A DNA stretch of 64,000 bases. It comes from Candidatus Latescibacterota bacterium (GTDB taxonomy: Bacteria > Latescibacterota > UBA2968 > UBA8231). A program made the position numbers and the translations under genes. Below are positions 10,273 to 19,598 of the stretch, in pieces. Position 1 is the first letter of the stretch, and each line of letters begins with the position of its first letter. Below the pieces are notes generated by a model. The model saw only the letters and a program-made list of their open reading frames with translations, was not told where the DNA came from and did not search any database. The DNA is taken from positions 4,544,001-4,608,000 of the forward strand of contig OZ220089.1 of NCBI GenBank assembly GCA_964291625.2, given 5' to 3'.

Positions 10273-11288
10273 AGTTCCTCCAGGCGGATCTCGGCGCCGT
10301 CCTGCCGGGCGCTGGCCACGGCGCCGAAGACCATGGCCATCGACTTGAGGTTGTCCTCGGCGCTGCACTCGGGCTCGCGGTCCTCCCTCAGGGCGCTGAC
10401 GAACTCGTGCAGCACGGGATGGCGCCTTTCCGGACCCGGCGGGTCGAGGCTCAACTGCTCCCGCACCCGCGGGTCGGCCCTGTGGGCGTGGGTGTGGAAG
10501 AGCCGGGAGCCCTCCCAGGTCAGGGTCCCCGCCGGACCCTCGAAGCGCCACTCGCCGTTGTGGCCGCCGGGGGCGTGGCCGACGGTGCAGCCGACGCCGC
10601 GGTGGGTGGCCACGACGCCGTCCTCGAAGCGGAACAGGATCAGCTGGCAGGCGTCGCCCCGGTGCCATCCCCAGGGCAGGTTCCAGGTGACGGCGCGCAC
10701 GCTCAGCGGCTCCCGGCCGAGGGTGTAGCGCATCATGTCGAAGTGGTGGATGCCCATGTCGGTGAGGAACATGTAGGGCTCGGTCACGTAGTGGCTGCCC
10801 GGGTTGTCGGCCCAGCTCACGTAGAGGGAGACGTCGAGCTGGGCGCAGTCGCCGATGAGCCCCTCGTCGAGGAGCCGGCGCGTCGTCCGCGGCTGCGGGT
10901 TGAAGCGGTAGTTCTGGGTGATCATGTGGCGCCGGCCGGATCGGCGGCCGGCGTCGACGATGCGGCGGGCGGCGGCGAAGTCGCCGCTGAGCGGCTTCTC
11001 TCCCAGCAGGTGCAGGCCCGCCTCGAAGGCGGCGAGGGCGATCTCCTCGTGAACGGCGGGAGGGGTCACGTCGAGGACGAAATCGGCTTCCACGGCGCCG
11101 GCGGCGGCGGCCAGGTCCTCGAAGAGGAGGTCCGCGGGCACGGCGAGCTCGGCGAGGGCCCGTTCCCGGTTGGCCGGGGCGGGCTCGACCACGGCGGCCA
11201 GATCGACGCCGTCGTATTCGCGGCAGGCCTCGAGCCAGTGGCGCCCGCGTCCGCCGAGTCCGCAGAGAATGGCCTTCAAGGCTGGCAT
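10269..11288 (-). CDS. Gfo/Idh/MocA family oxidoreductase
   Basis: GLGGRG Rossmann motif, GEKPL, QNYRF and DMGIHHFD. Confidence 0.9.
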   Translation of the reverse strand: MPALKAILCGLGGRGRHWLEACREYDGVDLAAVVEPAPANRERALAELAVPADLLFEDLAAAAGAVEADFVLDVTPPAVHEEIALAAFEAGLHLLGEKPLSGDFAAARRIVDAGRRSGRRHMITQNYRFNPQPRTTRRLLDEGLIGDCAQLDVSLYVSWADNPGSHYVTEPYMFLTDMGIHHFDMMRYTLGREPLSVRAVTWNLPWGWHRGDACQLILFRFEDGVVATHRGVGCTVGHAPGGHNGEWRFEGPAGTLTWEGSRLFHTHAHRADPRVREQLSLDPPGPERRHPVLHEFVSALREDREPECSAEDNLKSMAMVFGAVASARQDGAEIRLEEL

Positions 11289-11357
11289 GGGCTCCTCAAA
11301 GGTGATTGGTTGAAGGGCCCGGTATCATACGAAAACGAAGCGATCGGAGTCCCTCGA

Positions 11358-12992
11358 ATGGCGACAGTCAACGACAACATCGCGCGGATCCTGAAGGCCG
11401 AGGGGGTGGAGTGGGTCTCCGCCTTCCCCCAGCAGACCCTGATCGACGCGGTCACCCTCGCCGGGATCCGCCCCATCATCACGCGCACCGAGCGCACCGG
11501 CGTCAACATGGCCGACGGCTTCAGCCGGGTGCGCAACCGCGAGGCCTTCGGCGTCTTCACCATGCAGCAGGGCCCGGGGGCCGAGAACGCCTACCCGGGG
11601 TCGGCCCAGGCCTTCGCCGACTCGATCCCGCTGCTGCTGCTGCCCGGGGGGCCGCCCACCGACCGCACCCAGGCCCATCCGAACTTCGAGGCCGCTCCCG
11701 GTTACCGGCGGGTCACCAAGTGGGCGGCCAACATCAACCTGCCGGGGCGCGTCCCGGAGCTGATGCGCGTCGCCTTCTCGCAGATGCGCCACGGCCGGCC
11801 GGGGCCGGTGCTGGTGGAGATCCCCGCCGACCTGGGCGGCGAAGAGGCCCCGGGCTTCGAGTACGAGCCGCCGCGGGAGCGCCGGTCGAAGGGGGACGAG
11901 GACGACGTGCGCGATCTCGTGGGCGCCCTGCTGCGGGCCGAGCGCCCGGTGATCCTCGCCGGCCACGGGACCCTGTGGGCCCGGGCCTGGGACGAGCTGG
12001 CCGCCTTCGCCGAGCTGGCGGCTGTGCCGGTGATGACGACCATGGCCGCCAAGAGCGTCTTCCCCGAGGACCACGAGTTGGCCCTGGGCACGGGCGGCCA
12101 CTCGGGGACCCTCATGGCGGCGCGCTTCCTGGAAAGGGCGGACTTCGTCCTCGCCATCGGCTCCAGCCTGACGAAGTCGACCTTCGCCTTTCCCCTGCCC
12201 GAGGAGGCGGTGATCGCCCAGGTGACCAACGATCCGGTGGACCTCAACCGGGACCACGCGGTCGACCACGGGGCCCTCGGCGACGCCCGCCTGGTCCTCG
12301 ATCAGCTGGCCGAGGAGGTCCGCCGCCAGGCCGGGGAGGAGGGCCGCGACCACCGTCCGGTGGCCTCGGCGGTGGCCGAGGTCCGCCGGGAGTTCGAGGA
12401 CCAGTGGCGGCCCCTGCTGCACTCCGACGAGGTCCCGATCAACCCCTACCGGGTGTTCACCGAGATGGCCGCCGCCGTGCCGCCGGCAGAGGCGATCGTC
12501 ACTCACGACTCCGGGTATCCGCGCGACCAGCTGCTGCCCATGTGGCGGACGGTGACCCCGAGGGGTTATCTCGGCTGGGGCAAGTCGACGCAGCTCGGGT
12601 ACGGCTTCGGGCTGGCCCTGGGCGCCAAGTTGGGGGCGCCGGAGAAGACCGTGATCAACGTCATGGGCGACGCCGCCTTCGGCATGGCCGGCATGGACGT
12701 GGAGACGGCGGTCCGCGCCGAGATCCCCATCCTGACGGTGGTCCTCAACAACGGCGTCATGACCCACTACGACAAGAACCTGCCCGAGGCCAGCCGGGTC
12801 CACGGGGTCGACCGCCTCGGAGGCTGCTACTCGGGTGTGGCGAGGGAGCTGGGGGCCCACGCCGAGCGGGTCGACCAGCCCGGCGAGGTCCGCGCCGCCA
12901 TCGAGCGCGCCGTGGCCGCCAACCGCGAGGGCCGGCCCGCCGTCGTCGAGGTGATGACCAAGGCCGAGGAGAGGGTGGCCAGGCACTTCTGA
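11358..12992 (+). CDS. Thiamine pyrophosphate-dependent enzyme (acetolactate synthase-like superfamily)
   Basis: RTERTG catalytic Glu, QGPGAEN, GRPGPVLVEIP, STQLGYG and the GDAAFGM...LNN TPP-binding motif. Confidence 0.9.
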   Translation: MATVNDNIARILKAEGVEWVSAFPQQTLIDAVTLAGIRPIITRTERTGVNMADGFSRVRNREAFGVFTMQQGPGAENAYPGSAQAFADSIPLLLLPGGPPTDRTQAHPNFEAAPGYRRVTKWAANINLPGRVPELMRVAFSQMRHGRPGPVLVEIPADLGGEEAPGFEYEPPRERRSKGDEDDVRDLVGALLRAERPVILAGHGTLWARAWDELAAFAELAAVPVMTTMAAKSVFPEDHELALGTGGHSGTLMAARFLERADFVLAIGSSLTKSTFAFPLPEEAVIAQVTNDPVDLNRDHAVDHGALGDARLVLDQLAEEVRRQAGEEGRDHRPVASAVAEVRREFEDQWRPLLHSDEVPINPYRVFTEMAAAVPPAEAIVTHDSGYPRDQLLPMWRTVTPRGYLGWGKSTQLGYGFGLALGAKLGAPEKTVINVMGDAAFGMAGMDVETAVRAEIPILTVVLNNGVMTHYDKNLPEASRVHGVDRLGGCYSGVARELGAHAERVDQPGEVRAAIERAVAANREGRPAVVEVMTKAEERVARHF

Positions 12993-13026
12993 TGCCGAAG
13001 CCGCCCGCGGACGCCGGCAGGCCCGC

Positions 13027-13692
13027 GTGATTCGCCTGCGCCTGGTGCGCCACGGAGAGCCGGGGTGGATCGTGGACGGCCGCGCCGTCGACGATCCGGA
13101 TCTGACCGCCCGGGGCCTGGAGGAGGTCGAGGCCCTGTGCGGGGAGCTGGCCGCCGAGCGCTTCGACGCCCTCTTCGTCAGCCCCCTGCTACGGGCCCTG
13201 CAGACCGCCGGTCCGCTGTCACGCCGCCTCGGCATGGAGGCGCAGGTCTGCCCCTGGCTGGCCGAGCAGGCCCCTCCCGTCTTCGAGGGCCGGCCCGGCG
13301 CCGAGGTGGAGGCGGCCTTTGAGGAGGTCCGCCGCCGGCCCCCCGCCGAGTGGTGGGACGGGATGCCGGGGGGCGAGCCCTTCCGGGACTTCCGCCGCCG
13401 CGTGGTGACCGGCCTCGAGGGACTGCTCTCGGGGCTCGGCGCCGTCCCCTTCGATGCCGGAGGCTACCGCCTATGGCGGATACCCGACGGGGATCTCTCC
13501 CTGCTGCTGGTTTGCCACGGCGGCACCAGCGGCGTCGTGGTCTCCCACCTGCTGGGGCTGGACGCCGTGCCCTGGGAGCACGACCGCTTCCCCCTGCGCA
13601 CCGGGGGCAGCGCGCTCCTCCAGACGCGGCCCCTGGCCTCCGGAGAGATCTGGAGCCTGATGCAGCTTGAGGGGGCCGAGCGGCTGTTCTGA
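13027..13692 (+). CDS. Histidine phosphatase (phosphoglycerate mutase-like) family protein
   Basis: LVRHGE, SPLLRALQTA and VCHGG motifs. Confidence 0.9.
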   Translation: MIRLRLVRHGEPGWIVDGRAVDDPDLTARGLEEVEALCGELAAERFDALFVSPLLRALQTAGPLSRRLGMEAQVCPWLAEQAPPVFEGRPGAEVEAAFEEVRRRPPAEWWDGMPGGEPFRDFRRRVVTGLEGLLSGLGAVPFDAGGYRLWRIPDGDLSLLLVCHGGTSGVVVSHLLGLDAVPWEHDRFPLRTGGSALLQTRPLASGEIWSLMQLEGAERLF

Positions 13693-13694
13693 GG

Positions 13695-14615
13695 CTACCC
13701 CCGCCGCGCCTTCTTCGCCCGCTTCTTCCGCGGCGGCTTCCACTTGCGCAGGTTGCGCCTCCAGCTCTTCTGCAGCTCCGCCTTGATCGCCTTCACGTCC
13801 TTGAAGCGGTCGCCGAAGACCGAGAGGTGGTAGCCGCCGGCGATCTGCTCCGGGCAGACGAAGAGCTCGCGGCCCGGCGGCGCGGCCTTCAGCCACAGGG
13901 CCAGCAGCTGGTCGCCGAACTCCATGCAGTCCTTGAACTCCGGCGTCAGCTTGCCGCCCCGCCCGAGGGCCGGGATCATGGCGTGATGGCCGTTGAAGGG
14001 TCGGAAGTGGATCTGGTTGGCCAGCTGCACCAGGTCTGGGCGCTCCACGAGGCGCTTGAAGTAGGGCGGCGACAGGTGCTTGACCACCGCCGGGTGCGAG
14101 AAGTCCCAGGTCATCTTGAGGGGGCGCTTCTCGGCCTTCTCGAAACCCTCGGCCAGGGCATAGGCCTTCTCGGGGGTCTCGGTGCAGGTGTCGCGGTGGA
14201 CCTCGATGGAGACGTCCATCTCCAGCTCGTCGGCGACGCCCATGACCTCGCGGGCGCAGGCGACCGCCTCCTCGGTCCCGGTGTCGTGGTCGAGCATCTG
14301 CACGTTGACGACGCGGGCGTTGTACTTGCGGATGCGCTTGAGCTTGCGCTCCACCTCCCGGGGGCCGCCCATGTCGGTGGTGCAGGCGAAGATCAGGCCC
14401 GACTCCTCGACCACCTCGGGCCCGAACATGGTGACCCGCCCGAGGAATCCGTCGAAGCCGGCGTTGCGGATCCGCCGCAGCTTCTGGGGGATCGTCCACT
14501 CGCCGCGCTTGTCCCCGTAGCCCATCAGGGTGCCCACGGAGCACATGTGGCGCAGGACGGGGGGCTCCGCCTTCTGCTTCGCTCTCTTCTTCTTCACCCT
14601 CTTCGCCTTGGCCAT
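13695..14615 (-). CDS. Xylose isomerase-like TIM-barrel protein (sugar phosphate isomerase/epimerase) with Lys/Arg-rich termini
   Basis: AGFDGF, IEVHRD, TWDFSH, IHFR and CPE metal-ligand pattern. Basic tails at both ends. Confidence 0.8.
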   Translation of the reverse strand: MAKAKRVKKKRAKQKAEPPVLRHMCSVGTLMGYGDKRGEWTIPQKLRRIRNAGFDGFLGRVTMFGPEVVEESGLIFACTTDMGGPREVERKLKRIRKYNARVVNVQMLDHDTGTEEAVACAREVMGVADELEMDVSIEVHRDTCTETPEKAYALAEGFEKAEKRPLKMTWDFSHPAVVKHLSPPYFKRLVERPDLVQLANQIHFRPFNGHHAMIPALGRGGKLTPEFKDCMEFGDQLLALWLKAAPPGRELFVCPEQIAGGYHLSVFGDRFKDVKAIKAELQKSWRRNLRKWKPPRKKRAKKARRG

Positions 14616-14642
14616 GGCCTGCCTTTCGTCTGGTGAGTACGG

Positions 14643-15038
14643 CTACCGGCTCTTCAGGTACTTCACGACTTCCGCCGCCGCCTTCCCCCCCTTCCTCGCG
14701 TGGCTCATCAGGGAGATCCCGTGGGGCCCCTTGCGGTCGATCACCGCCGGGTCGTCCTCGACCACGGCCTTGACGATCTCGAGCTTGCCGAGCATGGCCG
14801 CGGCGAAGAGGTCTATGCGGGCGCCCCGGCCGAGGAGCAGCTCGGCGATGTCCCGGCGGCCCATGTGCGCCGCCGCCCCGAGGCCCGTCTCCCAGTCTCC
14901 CCCTCCCCAGTCCCAGCAGGCGTTGAGGAGGCCCGGCTCCTCGTCCAGCATGCTGGTGACGCTGTCGAGGTCGCCGTGGGCGTCGTTCACGAACTGCTGC
15001 ACCCGTTTCGGGTCGATCGCCGGGTTCGCCGGTGACAT
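14643..15038 (-). CDS. Small ankyrin-repeat protein
   Basis: AHGDLDSV...DWETGLGAAAHMGRRDIAELLLGRGARIDLFAAAMLGKLEIVK. AAAGGAG RBS before ATG 15038. Confidence 0.8.
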   Translation of the reverse strand: MSPANPAIDPKRVQQFVNDAHGDLDSVTSMLDEEPGLLNACWDWGGGDWETGLGAAAHMGRRDIAELLLGRGARIDLFAAAMLGKLEIVKAVVEDDPAVIDRKGPHGISLMSHARKGGKAAAEVVKYLKSR

Positions 15039-15192
15039 GACCTGCTCCTTTCCCGTGTGAGCCCGTAGACTACGACCGCCGGGGCGGAGGCTCAACGGCC
15101 GGGGCCCGGGGCGGCCAAAGGACCCCTTCCCCGTGGCGGCGGCCCGGCGGGCCCCGCTATCTTGTGGCCGCCCTCAACAGAAGGAGAATGCC

Positions 15193-15999
15193 ATGGGCAT
15201 GACCGACGAGGAGAAGTTCCGATTCGATCTGACCGGCTTCCTGGTGAGGCCGGCCATCCTGGAGCCGCCCGAGATCGAGGCGATCGTCGACCAGATCGAC
15301 CGCATCCACCACGATCCCGGGTCGCTGCCGCCCGAGGAGCGGGCCGTGCCCGGAGGGGCGGCCAGCCTGCTCATCGATCACCCGAAGGTGCTGGAGGTGC
15401 TCCACGAGATCATCGGTCCCGAGGTCCGCCTGGAGGGGACCTACTGCGTGTGGCGGAAGCAGGGGGAGCGCCACGGCGAGCTGCACGGCGGCGGACCCGG
15501 ACAGATCGATCCGATCTTCGGCTACCGCTGCGCCAACGGCCGCATCCACGCCGGCATGGTGCGGGTCGTCTTCGAGTTGACCGAGGTGAGCCGGGAGGAC
15601 GGGGGCACCCACTTCATCGCCGGCAGCCACAAGTCGAACTTCCCCATGCATCCCGACCACATGTCGCTGGAGGAGGGCCGGCGCAGCGAGTTCCTGATCA
15701 GCTACGACTGCCCGGCGGGCAGCGCCGTGTTCTTCACCGAGAACCTGTGCCACGCGGGGCCGGAGTGGAAGCGGGAGACGCCGAGGGTGGCGGTCCTCAA
15801 CGCCTACTCCCACCTGGCCACCCACTGGCACCGCCTGAAGATCCCCGGCGAGGTGATGGCGGCCCTGCCCCGCGAGAAGCAGGCGTACTTCCGCGAGCCC
15901 TGGATCGCCGACTTCCGCACCAGCCCGGCGACGCACAACACCATGGAGCGCTTCCTGGACAACGACGAGCCCACGGTGCGGCTCGATCACCAACCCTGA
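15193..15999 (+). CDS. Phytanoyl-CoA dioxygenase (PhyH)-fold Fe(II)/2OG enzyme, HxG variant
   Basis: EKFRFDLTGFLV, LHGGG, GGTHFIAGSHK, GSAVFFTENLCHAG and a downstream Arg. AAGGAG RBS. Confidence 0.85.
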   Translation: MGMTDEEKFRFDLTGFLVRPAILEPPEIEAIVDQIDRIHHDPGSLPPEERAVPGGAASLLIDHPKVLEVLHEIIGPEVRLEGTYCVWRKQGERHGELHGGGPGQIDPIFGYRCANGRIHAGMVRVVFELTEVSREDGGTHFIAGSHKSNFPMHPDHMSLEEGRRSEFLISYDCPAGSAVFFTENLCHAGPEWKRETPRVAVLNAYSHLATHWHRLKIPGEVMAALPREKQAYFREPWIADFRTSPATHNTMERFLDNDEPTVRLDHQP

Positions 16000-16026
16000 C
16001 CGAAGAGCTGAAGAGAGGAGAAGGAG

Positions 16027-17102
16027 ATGGCGAAGATCTACCGGGTCGGCGTGGTCGGATGCGGCGGCATGGGCCGCTCGCACACCCGCGCCTGGAGCGA
16101 GCACCCCAGGGCCGAGGTGGTGGCCCTGGCCGACGTCGACCTCGAGAGGGCGCAGGCCCTGGCCGGGGAGCACGGCGTGGGCGCCGTGTTCGGCGACTAC
16201 CGCGAGATGCTCGACAAGGAGGAGATCGACGTCCTCAGCGTGCCCACCTGGCAGGGGGTCCGCGCCGAGGTGACGATCGCCGCCGCCGAGGCCGGCGTGA
16301 AGGGGGTCCTGGGCGAGAAGCCGATCGCCGCCGCCGTGGGCGAGGCGGAGGACATGATCGCCGCCTGCGACCGGGCCGGGACGAAGCTGGCCATCGGCCA
16401 CCAGGGGCGGTTCGCTCCGGCGCCGAACGAGGTGCGGCGCCTGGTGGCCGCCGGGGCGATCGGCGAGCCCACCATGGTCCACCACCGCGCCAAGGCGAAC
16501 GCCGGCCTGCTCAACACCGGCACCCACGCCATCGACGGCTGGCGCTACATGCTCTCCGACCCGAAGCCCCTGTGGGTCATCGGCAACACCTCGCGGACCA
16601 CCGACCGCTGGGAGCGCCGCAGCCCCTGCGAGGACCTGTGCATGGGGCTGGTCTGCTTCGAGGAGGGGTGCGCGGAGTGTACGAGGGCGACCTGCCGGAC
16701 CCGGGGGTGGACATGGCCACCGTGTACGGCACGGAGGGGCAGATCCGCTCCGAGCAGGGCGGCGTGAGGCCCGGCGGCGGGCTCTTGCTGCAGAACGGGG
16801 ACCGGGCGGGCTGGCAGCGGATCGAGCCCCCGGCGGTGCAGGTGACCCAGTACGACGAGTTCGTCGCCTGGCTCGACGGCGAGATCGAAGAGCACCGCAG
16901 CAGCGGCGAGCAGGCCCGTTACACCCTCGAGATCATGATGGCGATCTACGAGTCCCTGCGGGTCAAGGGCGTGGTCGAGCTGCCCATGTCGACGCGGGAA
17001 TGCCCGCTGGACCTGATGATCGACGACGGCACCCTGCCCGTGCTCGTGGAGGGCCGCTACGACCTGCGCGCCCCCTTCCCGGGCCAGGCCCCCCGGGGCT
17101 AG
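16027..17102 (+). CDS. Gfo/Idh/MocA family oxidoreductase, frameshift at about 16665-16668
   Basis: GCGGMG, GEKPI, HQGRF and NTGTHAID in frame 16027..16767. The C-terminus (VRGVYEGD...YTLEIMMAIYES...VVELP) is in frame 15162..17102. One extra G in the GGGG run restores a single ORF. Confidence 0.85.
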
Positions 17103-17105
17103 GCA

Positions 17106-19013
17106 TCAGTCTCCCGGCGCCGGGGCGGCGGAGGTCCCGGCCTCCCGGACGATGGTCAGGATCTCGGTGCCGTACTTCTCCGCCTTGGCCGGGCCGATTC
17201 CGTGGGCCGTCCGCAGGGCCTCGAGGCCGGCCGGCCGGAGGGCGGCGATGTCGCGCAGGGAGCGGTCGCTGGCCACCACGTAGGGGGGAACGCCGGCCTC
17301 CCGGGCCGTCTCCAGGCGCCAGGCCCGCAGGGCCTCGAAGAGGTCCCTCGCGTCCTCCTCCAGCTCGGGAGGGGGCGCCGGCCGCCGGGCGGCGGACCGT
17401 GGAGCGGCGCGGGGTCCGCGCTCCGCCGCCGCCGGGGGCAGCAGCAGCCGCGCCGGCCGGCGCTCGTGGATCACGTCGTAGCCCTCGTCGGTGACCACCA
17501 CCACGGGGCGGTCGCCGCCCTGGAAGTCGACCCAGCCGGCGGTCACGCAGCGTCGCAGCAAGGTCAGGATCCACTCCTCGGCGCGCTCCGACAGGACCCC
17601 GAAGGTGGCGGTGTTGTGCAGTCCGGCCCGCTGCAGGCGCAGGTCGTCGGCGCCGCGCAGCAGCCGCGCCGCGGCGCCGATGCCGAAGCGGCCGTGGACC
17701 CGGGCGACGCCGCACAGGGCCTGGCGCACGATGGTGCTCACCTCGGCCGCGTCCGGCCTCCCGCCGTCGTCCAGCTCCAGGCAGACGTCGCAGCGGCCGC
17801 AGCCGGCCAGGGTCTCCTCCTCGTCGCCGAAGTAGCGCAGGATGGCGTCGTGGCGGCAGGCGCCGCCCTCGGACCAGCGCATCAGCTCGAGGAAGAGGTT
17901 CCAGCGGTGGGCCACCGTCTCCGGGTCGGGGACCCGCCCCTCCACGTCGCTCTCGATCAGCCGCCGGCGCAGGGCCATGTCGCCCGGCGAGACCAGCAGC
18001 AGGCAGACGGCCGGGGCGCCGTCGCGTCCGGCGCGTCCGGCCTCCTGGTAGTAGGCCTCCACCGAGCCCGGCGGCGCCAGGTGGACGATACAGCGCACGT
18101 CGGGGCGGTCGATGCCCATGCCGAAGGCGTTGGTGGCGACGACGATCTCCTGGCCTCCCCCGGAGAAGGCGCGCTGAACCGACTCGCGGGCGTCGCCGTC
18201 CATGCCGGCGTGGTAGGCGGCGGCGTTCCAGCCCGCGGCGGTCAGCCGCTGGGACTCCTCCTCGGTCTGGCGGCGGGTGGCGGCGTAGAGGATCGCCGTG
18301 CCCCGTCCGGACCCCGGGGCGGTGAGGGTTTCGGCCAGGGCGGCGTCGACCCGGGCCTCGCGCTCGCCCTTGCCGAGAGCCGGGTGCACGCGGAAGGCGA
18401 GGTTGGGCCGGGCGAAGCCGCGCACGTGCTGCGGCGTGTCGGCGGGCAGCCCGAGACGCTCGAGGATCTCGTCGCGCACCACCGGCGTGGCGGTGGCGGT
18501 GCAGGCCAGGACGCGCGCCCCGGGCAGCAGCGCGAGGAGTTCGCCGATCTGCATGTACTCGGGGCGGAAGTCGTGCCCCCACTCGCTGATGCAGTGGGCC
18601 TCGTCGACGGCCACGAGGGGGCACTCGAGACCCCCAACGAGCTGGCGGAACCCCTCGAAGGTGAGCCGCTCCGGGGCCACGTAGGCGAGCTTGTAGCGGC
18701 CCCGGGCCAGGGCCCCCATGCGCCGGCGGATCTCGCCGCCGTCGAGAGTACCGGCGAGGTAGGTGGCGGGCACGCCCCGGGCCTCGAGGGCGGCCACCTG
18801 GTCGTGCATGAGGGCGATGAGGGGGGAGATGACCAGGGTCGTGCCCGGCAGGAGGGCGGCGGGCAGCTGGTAGGTGAGGCTCTTGCCGCCGCCCGTGGGC
18901 GCCACCAGCAGGACGCGACCCACGTCGAGCAGGGCCTCCACGGCCTCCCGCTGGCCCGGCCGGAAGCCGGTGAATCCGAAGCGCTGCAGTCCGGCGTCGA
19001 GATCGATGGCCAT
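17106..19013 (-). CDS. recQ: ATP-dependent DNA helicase RecQ
   Basis: FRPGQ, PTGGGKS, DEAHCISEWGHDFRP, TATA, ATNAFGMGIDRPDVR, YYQEAGRAGRDG, Zn-binding C..CGRCDVC, RQC and HRDC (PPYVVASD...GIGPAK). Confidence 0.95.
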   Translation of the reverse strand: MAIDLDAGLQRFGFTGFRPGQREAVEALLDVGRVLLVAPTGGGKSLTYQLPAALLPGTTLVISPLIALMHDQVAALEARGVPATYLAGTLDGGEIRRRMGALARGRYKLAYVAPERLTFEGFRQLVGGLECPLVAVDEAHCISEWGHDFRPEYMQIGELLALLPGARVLACTATATPVVRDEILERLGLPADTPQHVRGFARPNLAFRVHPALGKGEREARVDAALAETLTAPGSGRGTAILYAATRRQTEEESQRLTAAGWNAAAYHAGMDGDARESVQRAFSGGGQEIVVATNAFGMGIDRPDVRCIVHLAPPGSVEAYYQEAGRAGRDGAPAVCLLLVSPGDMALRRRLIESDVEGRVPDPETVAHRWNLFLELMRWSEGGACRHDAILRYFGDEEETLAGCGRCDVCLELDDGGRPDAAEVSTIVRQALCGVARVHGRFGIGAAARLLRGADDLRLQRAGLHNTATFGVLSERAEEWILTLLRRCVTAGWVDFQGGDRPVVVVTDEGYDVIHERRPARLLLPPAAAERGPRAAPRSAARRPAPPPELEEDARDLFEALRAWRLETAREAGVPPYVVASDRSLRDIAALRPAGLEALRTAHGIGPAKAEKYGTEILTIVREAGTSAAPAPGD

Positions 19014-19077
19014 CACCGATTCGAAGGTCGGCCGGCTCCGGCGGCGGCGCAAGGCTGGGCCACGGACCTTGCGTGAC

Positions 19078-19570
19078 CCGGCGCCCGCGCGCCGGGAGGC
19101 GGCGTTCGGGCGAGGGCGGCTGCCCGAGCCCCGCGGGGGTCACGCGCCCGGCGCGCCGGGGAGGCGGAAGTCCGGGCCTTCACTTCGGAGGCGGCTGCCC
19201 GAGCCGCGGGTCAGGCGGCGCCGGGTGTCGACCGGGAGGGCTGGGAGTGCGGGCTTGCGGTGCGAGTCCAGGTGGCCCGAAGCCGCGGGTCACGCGCCGC
19301 CGGGCGTCGACCAGGAGCGGGGCGGCCAGGCGATCTCGGCGATGGCGAGGCCGGAAGTCCGGGCGTTCGTTGCGAGCTGCCCGTAGCCGCGGGTCCGCGG
19401 CGTCTGGCGTCGACCGGGAGAGGGGCTACCCGGCGAGCTCCAAGATGGTGAGGCCGGGAGTCCGGGCGTTCGTTGCGAGCTGCCGTAGCCGCGGGCCACG
19501 CGGCGCCCGGCGCGCCGGGGAGGCGGAGTCCGGGCGTTCAGTGGGAGGCGGTTGCCCGAGCCGCGGGGTG
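19078..19570. repeat. Degenerate tandem repeat array, six units of about 66-104 nt
   Basis: The core (G)CTGCCCGAGCCGCGGG(TCAC) recurs at about 19127, 19202, 19281, 19385, 19487 and 19559. A second block GGAAGTCCGGGCGTTC recurs between cores. Confidence 0.75.
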
Positions 19571-19598
19571 CGTGGCCTCGTGCCGACCGAGTAGCGGC

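Noticed and set aside
19078-19570. CRISPR array
   Set aside because: The repeats are not identical, the intervening sequences resemble each other instead of being unique spacers, the period is irregular, and there are no cas genes.
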